A stretch of DNA of 60,670 nucleotides, filler included, from Thelocarpon superellum (Eukaryota), in NCBI GenBank assembly GCA_026025795.1. It is 3 parts of 3 records of this genome, joined end to end, with 100 filler letters (N's around TTAATTAATTAA, not from the genome) between each part and the next. Parts side by side here need not be neighbours in the genome. Positions count along the whole stretch, not along the records: positions 1 to 20,191 come from JAPEUG010000330.1; positions 20,292 to 40,443 come from JAPEUG010000331.1; 1 more part is not named here. One strand, written 5' to 3'. The notes beneath the pieces were generated by a model that was given only the letters and a program-made list of their open reading frames with translations, made no database searches and was not told where the DNA came from. A program made the position numbers and the translations under genes. Of the stretch, positions 10,888 through 20,376 are shown one piece after another (position 1 is the stretch's first letter; every line of letters starts with the position of its first letter).

Positions 10888-11996
10888 ATGACTACCCGGA
10901 TCGCGCAGGTCTCCCGACATCTTTATCGTCCGGTGTCCGCGCATGCAACTAGATCGTGTGTCCCTCTGGCCAAACGGGTCGGTGGAGGAAACATTATGAC
11001 ATCACCATCTGCTGCAGACGAAAGATTTAGACGGACTATACATACGGCTGCATGCTTGATCATTGGAGACGAAATTCTGAATGGCAAGGTAGCTGTTATG
11101 TTGACAGACGTTTGAGGAGCATGTGGCTGATTGCAAATTGAAATGGATAGACCGTAGACACGAATTCGGCGTATTTTGCCAAATTTTGCTTCTCCCTGGG
11201 CATCAACGTCAAGCGAATCGAAGTGATTCCCGACGACGAGGATGACATTATTGAGGCTGTTCGACGACTTTCATCGTCCGTCGACTTTGTCGCCCTCTCG
11301 GGAGGCATCGGCCCAACGTTTGTCGGCCTCTTCTTCTCATGACAACCTCGAAATGTTTCTGACCAGTGACTTAGGCATGACGATATCACCTACGCATCCG
11401 TCGCCAAAGCGTTCGGGCTCCGTCTAAAGCTGAACGACGATGCCTTGGCACGAATGAAGGAGCTCTCCCGTCCACATCCGTCACAGCCTGATTTCTCCTG
11501 GGACACGCCGTCGACCGCACTCACCGCAAAGCTCCGAATGATCCAGCTCCCCCACGACGCATCCCGCGCCGAGAACGACCAGGTGCTGTTCGTCGACGAC
11601 CGGCTCTGGGTGCCCGTCAACGTCGTGAACGGAAACGTCTTCATCCTGCCCGGAATCCCGCGGTTATTTCAGCAACTACTCGACGGACTGAAGCCGTTCA
11701 TCCTGCCGCGCGTGACGGATCCCGAGGGGGAGGGGCTCCACCGCATCCTGATCTCTACGCCGCTGGCCGAGAGCGCGGTTGCTGGATACTTGACGGAGCT
11801 GGCGGCCAAAGTGGAGAGCAAGGGCGTCAAGGTCGGGAGCTATCCGCGTTGGGGCAGATCCCACAATACTGTGACGTTGGTTGGGAGAGATGCGAAGTTC
11901 ATGGAGAGCTTGGTGGCCGAGGTGGAACAGGGCGTGGATGGCGCACGAGTGACCGAAGAAGACGAGAAAGACCGCGCGAGCGAAGTCGAGTCGTGA
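10888..11996 (+). CDS. Molybdopterin-binding / CinA-like protein, Fpy1 (YMR178W)-type FAD diphosphatase family, 329 aa; exons 10888-11088, 11151-11317, 11375-11996
   Basis: LIIGDEILNGKTVDTNS, IPDDEDDI, SGGIGPTHDDIT, NVFILPGIPRLF and VKVGSYP motifs. Two canonical introns. N-terminus resembles a mitochondrial presequence. Start codon uncertain (10828, 10888 or 10996). Confidence 0.88.
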
Positions 11997-12188
11997 GACC
12001 GAAGTGGGCGGATTCTATCCATACATGGACGAAGTACATGCACATGATCATATGGTTGGATCTGTCTCTTGACCTCTTACTTGCCGCTCAAGCTGATGAA
12101 TTCAAGTGGAGACTGGTCCAACAACTGGTGCTCAATAGTCTGCGCATCCTCCGGGGCCTGAACTAAACACCCCCACCTCCAGCAAACA

Positions 12189-12316
12189 AGCATAGCTGAT
12201 GGGGGTTCTCCCATTTCCTGAGTACGACTATTGGGGCCCCTCACGTTTACCGAGCACAGCTGATAGGGGCCTCCCTGTTTACTAAGCACAGCTAATGGGA
12301 GCTCCCCCATTGACTG
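12189..12316. repeat. Four degenerate tandem 32-bp repeats, each with a central G-run/C-run dyad
   Basis: Units at 12189-12220, 12221-12252, 12253-12284 and 12285-12316 align without gaps; consensus approximately AGCACAGCTRATGGGGGCYCYCCCRTTTACTG. Confidence 0.85.
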
Positions 12317-12627
12317 GGCAGGCAGTCGGGAATACTCCATACTATATCAGGATTGGTACTCAAGGTAGTACAGGGTACCTTGAAGCACAATAATAAACGT
12401 CCTGTTGTCCAATAGCAGATTTGGCCGCGGGCAGACCCTTGTCCGTCGGTTTTGTACACTTACCGGCTCCGTGATCGGTAGCTTAGGTAAAGATTCTGAG
12501 GAAATTGGCGAGACCCCCTCTCCGCTTTCGACTGGTATGTGGAATATGCTACACCGGAGCGTTGACGGAGGACAACGTCGGACGACGAGGGCGAAGAGAA
12601 CGACGTCAAGCACGACAACACGAGCGG

Positions 12628-12702
12628 CAACAAGGACGACAACAAGGACAACGACAAGGACGACGACAAGGACGACGACAAGGACGACGACAGAGACGAC
12701 GA
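12628..12702 (+). repeat. 12-bp tandem repeat (AAGGACGACGAC)n, about 6 copies
   Basis: Seen directly. One frame reads NKDDNKDNDKDDDKDDDKDDDRDDEK, with no clean ORF around it. Confidence 0.8.
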
Positions 12703-12886
12703 GAAAAGGAAGCTGAGAGCAGTACCTTTATTCTTTTGCAGTGGACTGCTAGGTACACACGTCTACGAGTCTATTACCCCGTCTATCCTACCCCAAGCGG
12801 ACTTTCTGTTGCCACCTGTATTCTAGCCAAAGAGAAACATTCAGTACAACCTCTCTCCCACTGAAGAAAATCATCCACTCCTGCCT

Positions 12887-13261
12887 TCATCCAAGCCAAA
12901 GAGAACCTTCTATAACCTCCACCACCAGATCCGGACAGCCGTGATCAACACATAAGTTGCGGACTTTCGCGGCCACCTTCAAATGACCGAAGTTCAAAAT
13001 CCCATCGGCGCAGGTGATGAGAATCGTGTGGACCATTTCGCGATCGGGGACATTATAGCCGCGGCGGATTACATCGACGGACGTCCAGTCCTCGAGCTCA
13101 CTGACTTCCTCCATCACCATGCTGTGCAGTGTCGACTCCCAGATCTTAACGATCGGGTCCGTCCTCTCCAGGGGTTGAGATGACCGCAAAGCAGACGTCG
13201 TTGGGCTATAGGGTGGTGGATCGACCGGCGCAGGAAGCACGATGGATCGTATCTGAACCAT
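12887..13261 (-). CDS. Orphan / fungal-specific hypothetical protein (124 aa); may be the 3' part of a split gene
   Basis: ATG in strong context (ACGATGG). Globular composition: PIVKIWES..WTSVDVIRRGY..TILITC..VVEVIEG. Confidence 0.55.
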   Translation of the reverse strand: MVQIRSIVLPAPVDPPPYSPTTSALRSSQPLERTDPIVKIWESTLHSMVMEEVSELEDWTSVDVIRRGYNVPDREMVHTILITCADGILNFGHLKVAAKVRNLCVDHGCPDLVVEVIEGSLWLG

Positions 13262-13287
13262 CGTCGTCGGCTATGAGGTCTCGATCT

Positions 13288-13749
13288 TCAGGCCTTGAAC
13301 CGGATGACGAGTTCTATTCTCTCGGGCGTTGGCTCGGGATTGCTCCCCGACGTTGCGTGTGAGTGGGTCTCCGAACGGGCCTCTGATTTGGTCTCCGAAT
13401 GTGCTTCTGACTTGGCTACCGACTTGGTCTCCGACTGGGACTCGGAATCCGACTGCCGCTCTACCTTCGATTCCCTCTGCAGTTCAGGACTTGGCTGTGG
13501 CGCTACTTTCGTTGTGCTGCGGCAGAGATCTTCGGGTCGGATGCCTGGGGGAAACTCAATGCCTGGATGAGGATCCTCCGGGCAAGGAGGAAGCTCGGGG
13601 ATAGGAGGAAGTGCAGGGACGGCCTTCTTGTGCTTGGTGGGCAGGCGGAACTGGATCAACCACCGGCGGGTGGGCGTGTCGCCCTTCTTGAAAACCGTCT
13701 CAAACGTGTAGATTGATGTGTCCTTTGACGCGCCCTTCGACACCGACAT
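13288..13749 (-). CDS. Orphan hypothetical protein (153 aa), Pro-rich with SETKS repeats
   Basis: ATG preceded by a CT/CA-rich leader with A at -3. Open for 153 codons with internal repeats SETKSVAKSEAHSETKSEARSET. Confidence 0.5.
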   Translation of the reverse strand: MSVSKGASKDTSIYTFETVFKKGDTPTRRWLIQFRLPTKHKKAVPALPPIPELPPCPEDPHPGIEFPPGIRPEDLCRSTTKVAPQPSPELQRESKVERQSDSESQSETKSVAKSEAHSETKSEARSETHSHATSGSNPEPTPERIELVIRFKA

Positions 13750-14738
13750 GATTGGGAGAGGAGAAGAGAGGTGTGACTGTGCGAGCAGCGATGTGTTGAG
13801 GAATCGATGACGATATGAGCGTGAATGATGTGGGAAGTGCTGGGGGATCTGGACAGGAAGAGGTCTCCATAGCCTTTAAAACGAAAGCAGGATAGCCCCA
13901 ACGGAATCGGATTGGTCAAGTTGCAGTTGCGGCAGTACCCCAAAAATCTGAAGCTTCTCAACAAGACCGTTGGCATGTTGCAACGCAAACGGTCTGAAAT
14001 ACAGATATTGGCCGTTGAGACTTTCAATTCGGGCCAGCCGACGAGCGCCCAGTCGTTCGCCGGCTAAGGTTGAGACTTCGAATGTTGCGCTTTGCATCAT
14101 CATCATTGACGGACTTGATGTGAACGAGTATGGTTATTCCTTAGTTGCTCGCTGGGAGTTTTAGCATTCTAGGGCTTCAATATATCGAATGTCGAGGATG
14201 CTGGAGGATGACATAATCAGTGGCTGGTCATGGAAGAGCTCAGCGGGAAACGTCGCTTTAGGGGTTCCCATTGATTTAGCATGGGGAGACCCAAGCGGAG
14301 CTTTCATACTTAGCTGTGATAATACCTACGCCAATTCCTGCCTGCCCAACCAGAGAAACCCTCCTGTTACGTGCACGACGGAACGTGTGTGGCGTTGAAG
14401 GTATTTCCTTTGACGAGAGCTCAGAATCGAGCCTATATAGCTGATAGGTGTACTCGCAGCACGCGAGCGTGATCGTCATACTGCGTGACGTAAGCTAGAT
14501 TCGTGGCTATTTTCGCTACGTCCATGACACCGAACATACTCCATAACAGCACACTTGTACACTGCCACCTTCTGTGACGACGAGGCCTACAGCTAGGCGG
14601 AAATAGTAGACGTAGTCAATAGGAGTTTACTTTGTGACTCGATAGGGCTCGTAGACCTATTCCTGGCCTCCTCGTGTTACTCGAGTTGAACGCTGGGGCT
14701 CTGCTAGCTCGCAGCGGGACTCGGTTTAGATACAGGGG

Positions 14739-14778
14739 GCTAGGTCACGTGTCGAATCACGTGATAGTAACATGACCT
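14739..14778. promoter_or_regulatory. Tandem E-boxes (TCACGTG x2) plus a TGACCT site; candidate bHLH (Cbf1/SREBP-type) sites
   Basis: GCTAGGTCACGTGTCGAATCACGTGATAGTAACATGACCT. The 13-mer GCTAGGTCACGTG recurs at 15749-15761. Confidence 0.4.
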
Positions 14779-16565
14779 CTTCTATCCTCACGGCGAGGCG
14801 TGGAGCTCCCGGCCGCACAAAGGGTGGAATGCCCTCTCTCTTACCATAGTAATACAATCACTTTTGCTATTGTCCTCGTATTCCGGTATTTACTTGGATT
14901 GCTAGTTGTTGCTCTTCGTCATGAAGACTGAGGCTATGAGTCAAGCCCTCGGCCACTGGTCCCCCAGGCGGGCTGTAGGCGCTTGTGGGACCTGCGGTCT
15001 ACCCAGCCCAGCACCAGCTTCACCGCGTACCGCCCGTGGGGTTCGAAGGACGCTACCACGATGCATTAGCTCGGGGATGCCTGCTCTGCGTCGCAGTGAC
15101 GGCGACGATCTTGAGTGCGTTAGGTTAGAGTCGACATGGTGGACGTCTCGAGCTTTCTCCCGCACATTCTGTCCGAGCGCAGGGAGAGCTCGATCAAGGC
15201 TCCGTCGATGGCTCACCTATCAAGCACGGCCTGCGCTCTCTGCCGCCGCTGCACCACTGCACGGTCGCGGGAATCCTTCCGCCGCCCACGAATGACGGCC
15301 ACTTGCCCTCCCCCCTTCCAGCGACGACCAACCCGGAACACGACGAGCGCAGCGGCACCTGACGACAGTGGAGCTGTTGATGCAGGACCGGCAACGCGCG
15401 TGGAGATGTCGTGGCGAATAGCCACGCTGCCGACCATGGCTACACTCTCACCCGAATACCCGCCCTTCTCGATCAGTTGGTGTCTGCTATGCAATGAACT
15501 CGTACCAAATATCAGAGCACACTAGCTACTCCGATAGGGTTCGGCATGGGGTGAGCGCGGCCGAGCGCCGGCAGCGGTGGTGCGGTGCAGACGTGGTACG
15601 GGGGGAAAACGTGGATGTTGCGTCATCCTTGGGGCAACTGTTGCAACGCTCGCGCGGTCGGGTAGGGAGGCCAGCAACGATAGGCCTGTTGATTGACTGC
15701 ACTGTCTCAGACCCGAACCGCTCCACTACTATGCTAGGTCACTATTATGCTAGGTCACGTGGCGGGGCCGCGCAGCTACTACTCCTACCAGCAACGAGCG
15801 TCTCTCGTCCACCGTAGTTGTCTTTCCCCTTCGCTCATCGCTCGCAGGCGAGGGAATTCCGGCGCAGTACTGGCAGCCACCGTGCTGCTAGGTCGCCGTC
15901 GACCAGATGGCGTCCTCCGTCGGCGGAAGGCAACAGATTGACGGGCGGCGTCTACCGAAGGCGGTCGGTGCACTCTAGCACGAAGCGCACTGTCGGACGC
16001 TCTGCCTGCCCGGGCCAGTCACGCTTAGGCTCGCTTGCCCGGCTGGCCATGAGCGCTCACACGCCCCATCGAATCACGCATCGTGCACGGCAGGTCTCCT
16101 CGCACCTCCGCCCAACTCCTCACCCTCGGCCAGAGCTCGCTACCCAGAATCGGCGCTTCTCTGGCGGCCGTCCCGACCCCCTGCCCGCGCGCCCACTCGC
16201 CCACTCAGCGCCCGGCGGCGCTCGCAAGCCCCTGCTACTGCACCACGCCAAGAACGAACGCTGCAACGCTGGGCACGGCTAGTTGCCATTTCTCTCCTCG
16301 CTTTTCCATCGAGCTTCGCTCCTCGGTCGTCGTCGCACGCTGCAATCCGCACCCGCCACTCTGCCAGCCGAGCGATCTTCGCCATCATCCCACCGGACCC
16401 TCCGTGGGCGCATTTCATCTACCCGGGACAGCATCTCCCACATCGTGAACCACTCTCGCTTCCGTGTGCCGACGACGACAAGCGATCGGCGTCAATCATC
16501 CACGTGGACGGACGAAGACCATCTCACGATAGTCACCCGGATTCCAGCCGGATTCTGCCCTCCCG

Positions 16566-17399
16566 ATGGCTTCCAAAGTACGGCCCCACGCGCTTCCTTC
16601 CCTTCGCCCGCATGGCTACAAGCTGACTGGACGCTCGCGCATAGTTTCTCCGCGAATATAAGTTGGTCGTGGTCGGCGGTGGCGGTGTGGGCAAATCATG
16701 CTTGACCATTCAACTGATCCAGAGCCACTTTGTGGATGAATACGATCCCACAATCGAGGGTGCGTCTGGCCATAGGCCCATCGCTTGTGCCGTATACTGA
16801 CCCACGGTGGCGTCAGACTCGTACCGCAAGCAATGCGTGATCGATGATGAGGTGGCGTTGTTAGATGTCCTGGACACCGCAGGACAAGAGGAATACTCGG
16901 CCATGAGGGAACAGTACATGCGCACCGGCGAAGGCTTTTTGCTCGTCTACTCTATCTCATCGCGGCAGTCGTTCGAGGAGATCATGACCTTCCAACAGCA
17001 GATCTTGCGGGTGAAGGATAAGGACTACTTTCCCATCATCGTCGTGGGCAATAAGTGCGACCTCGAGAGCGAGCGACAAGTGGCCAAGCAGGGTAAGTGA
17101 ATCCCTCGATTGCCGTTGGACGCGCAACTCAACTGACCGCGCGCGTGTGCACAGAGGGCGAAGGTCTGGCCCGCTCATTTGGGTGCAAATTCATCGAAAC
17201 TTCGGCCAAATCGCGCATCAATGTGGACAACGCCTTTTACAACATCGTGCGGGAGATCCGCCGATACAACAAGGACATTCAATCGACATCGACAGGCAGC
17301 CCGGCCGCAGGCATGAATGGACCGCCGGGAACGAAAATGGAGATGGGTGAGCAAGAGCGCAGCCGGGGCTGCTGCACTGGACGGTGCGTCATTATGTAG
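16566..17399 (+). CDS. RAS1: Ras GTPase (Ras1/RasA, 215 aa); exons 16566-16577, 16645-16759, 16817-17092, 17155-17399
   Basis: [42 protein letters not shown] and ETSAK motifs; CC palmitoylation pair and CVIM CAAX box. Three canonical introns. Confidence 0.98.
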
Positions 17400-19251
17400 A
17401 TAGGGGACGGGGAGAATATCATTTGAGCGATGCTACGCACTGGACTGTCTTACTTCTTCTCTGGGGGCTCGGTGCATCTTCATTCCACTAGCTGGCCACA
17501 GGCTACAGTTTCTGTTGGGTTTCCGAACGAGGCTCATGCCCTCCACCCTTTCACTGATGTCTCTGATTTATCAAGTGATTCCCAATCACTCGACCCTCCA
17601 TATATCTTGGGTTCCAGAGACCTAACTGGACTCTCTCGCAACGCCGTCGACGCCCGCTTGCGAATGGAAAACCCCATGTTTTATGTGTGCCGCTCTGCGC
17701 GTGCCGCCTGTTCCGATATACTTGCCGTCTGTACCGTAGAAATGTGAATGTCCCCACACTCTTCAGCATTGCGGTGACGGTAGGGCCTGCTTCAGGCTTC
17801 GAAGGTGCATGATTGGGTTCGATAAATTTTGAGCCATGACTAAAGCCGTTGTAGCTGTGGAGTAGACATGGGGCTGCCCGCGGTAGAATGGTGACCTTCA
17901 TGCAGATAACCAGCCACTCTGTTGCAGTTCCACTGTTTGACGGGTAATGCGATCACTCGGTCGTAGGAGATTATCTTTATTCAACTAGGCACTGGGGCAG
18001 TGTAGAGTAAATGAGAAGATTTCGTTCATCATCAACAGCCAGCGGAGGTCTAACACGAAGAGTATGGGGATCGCAGAGTGGCCTGAGAAAACCGTTGCGA
18101 TGATCGCGCCCGATCCAAATTGTCAAGGCTTTTTCCCGTTTACCTCAGCGCTGCTGTTGGTGGACCACTTTACTGGTCACTTTGCCCCTCGCGTTCTCTT
18201 CACCTGCGAGCGCATCGATTTGTCGTCGCTTCGTTCCCCTCGCCAGTGTGATTGTGTCTCATTCCTGCAGCTGCAAGACATTCGTTATGTAAGGTGAGAC
18301 ATTCCTGGGATCCTGTGGGCGGGGATGCCTGGTCATGAGCTCATGGTCATGTGACTGACTGCTACGGCCGGCCTTTGTCTATTGTGAGACGAAGACAAAG
18401 CGAAGCGAACCCCGGACGGTAAGGACTGCGAACTCGTATGAAGCACGAGTATTCGTGGTAGGGCAAAGAAGACACACTGACAAAGGCGCTGCAACGTTGG
18501 CCGCGCTATCTACCCATCGCTCATTTAACAGCGCAATTGAAAACTGCAGATCGGCTCCACGGCGTCGTAATCGTATCTCCTTCTCAGTGAGGTAGCGAGG
18601 TACTCGTACAGTGGCCCCTACCATTCACACGATGGCAGATCTTGTCGCTGGAAAGAGACCATATGCCGAGAGCGAGGTCTCCGGCAGTCTGAAACCTCTT
18701 CCCCTGAGCGCTGGACCTACGATACGTTGCACGATCAACACGCGCGGCTGCTCCAGTGTAAGCCACGCGGTGAGGACAAGACATGCGTGAGACTGCATGA
18801 AAATGATGTGATCGACGTGCCAAGCTCTGGCTTGACCAGGCTGGGCCTCTGTCAAGGATGAGGCACGAACCCCTGAAGTGGGGACAGTGGCTTGACTGGG
18901 CAGACACGACCACCAATCGAAAGAGCTCTTGAGCCCTCCCCATCGTCAGCCACTAACGGGATCTCTTGACCAGGCTGCTTCAGAAGGCTCTTAGACCCAA
19001 CCTCAACTTGTTGACCGTTCATGCACTCATCGACTTAACGCCATTCACGTTACGCCGACCGCTGAGCGCATTGAGATACCATGGCTGGCCTGTCGAGGAT
19101 AAGTAGGAAGGTGTCCTCCCTGACTCTTGAGTCTGCTCGACCAGCAATTTAGATTCTAATTTGGACTCACTCTACGCAATTCTTCGCAGCATACTCCTTT
19201 TCCCTTTTCCCCTTCCCCTTCTGCCTTCAACTCATCAACTTACCATTCACG

Positions 19252-19806
19252 ATGCGTTTCTCCACCATCTCTTCGCTGTTGATCAGCGTCATCTTGCCCG
19301 TGGTCGTAACTGCAGCTCCGGCCGATCCAACTTCATCGGCACTGCCAGCAGCACCGAGCGGCACCCCCCCGAAGGGAAAGCTTCTCCATCAGTTCATCCC
19401 CGTTACCAAAGCCAGCGTTACCGCTACGGGACCCACCCAGCCTTTCCAGCTAACTACGGGAAATCAATACGTATTGTTTTTGAACGGAACCGATGTTCCT
19501 GCAGACCGCAATGCCACGGACACTGGCAAGTGTAAGTCTCGCCCCAATCGTCCGGTAGGGGATACCTCGGCTTATCAAGGATATTGTACAGTGGCCGTCG
19601 TGGTGACGGGCAACGACCCCACGACGTCAAAATTTACGTCCGATACTTTCTTCAAGCGCATCAACACGTTCAACGTCACGGCCAACGGAAGCTACGTGGT
19701 AAACGTCAAGACGATCAACGCGCCATTGTTTCTGGCCATCGGTCAACACAATAGCACCGACGTCATCCCGCCCGGCAATACCACCGACACCCCGGCTCAG
19801 CGGTAA
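19252..19806 (+). CDS. Small secreted orphan glycoprotein (164 aa if intron 19532-19591 is spliced, 184 aa if retained)
   Basis: Signal peptide MRFSTISSLLISVILPVVVTA-AP. Sequons NGT, NAT, NVT, NGS, NST and NTT. 60-nt in-frame GTAAGT..CAG intron. Confidence 0.8.
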   Translation: MRFSTISSLLISVILPVVVTAAPADPTSSALPAAPSGTPPKGKLLHQFIPVTKASVTATGPTQPFQLTTGNQYVLFLNGTDVPADRNATDTGKCKSRPNRPVGDTSAYQGYCTVAVVVTGNDPTTSKFTSDTFFKRINTFNVTANGSYVVNVKTINAPLFLAIGQHNSTDVIPPGNTTDTPAQR

Positions 19807-20191
19807 AGTCCTTGCGCCATCCGATCAGATCTCTTCGATTTCCCGCTTTTTAGTCCCCCGTGGCCTCTCGCCAATCTGGATGAGAAGCGTCGCCATGAAC
19901 GGAGCGAGCAATATCGAGTTGGGCCAGAAAAACTGTACGAGTACTGGTACGGTGTGGGGAAATTCAAGAGAAGCAGCATAATTTTGTTTGGCATTTCCTG
20001 CATGGCATTGCATTGCATGCATCGCAACGGAGCGACCCACAACTTTCGTTTATGTTCATGCCCTCTCTTACGAGGGAAGCAGAGTGGACGGGGGAGAGGG
20101 AAGAAAGGCTCTCAAAAAGAGAGAAGAGAAGAGAGAACAAGGGAACAAGATGTGATTGAGACAGCTCAGACGGACTGCATCTAGCAGCGCT

Positions 20192-20291
20192 NNNNNNNNN
20201 NNNNNNNNNNNNNNNNNNNNNNNNNNNNNNNNNNNTTAATTAATTAANNNNNNNNNNNNNNNNNNNNNNNNNNNNNNNNNNNNNNNNNNNN
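20192..20291. other. Artificial contig linker (44 N + TTAATTAATTAA + 44 N)
   Basis: The TTAATTAATTAA spacer at 20236-20247 places stops in all six frames. Identical to the linker at 40444-40543. Confidence 0.97.
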
Positions 20292-20376
20292 GGTCGAGGG
20301 TCGAGGGTCGAGATGTGAGGTTTGGGTCTCAGCCAGGGACATCGGTCGAAGAGTCGAGGGCTTTCTTGGACGCCCT

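Noticed and set aside
12189..12316. 32-bp palindromic repeats as a CRISPR array
   Set aside because: Units abut with no unique spacers, are degenerate, have no cas genes nearby, and the context is eukaryotic.
12628..12702. DDDK repeats as a FLAG/enterokinase tag (synthetic construct)
   Set aside because: No DYKDDDDK, copies are degenerate, and there is no vector sequence around them.
14418..14482. Minus-strand ATGACGA...CTGA as a box C/D snoRNA
   Set aside because: Variant C box, no convincing terminal stem, and no guide complementarity to rRNA that I could recognise. A snoscan run would be needed to revive it.
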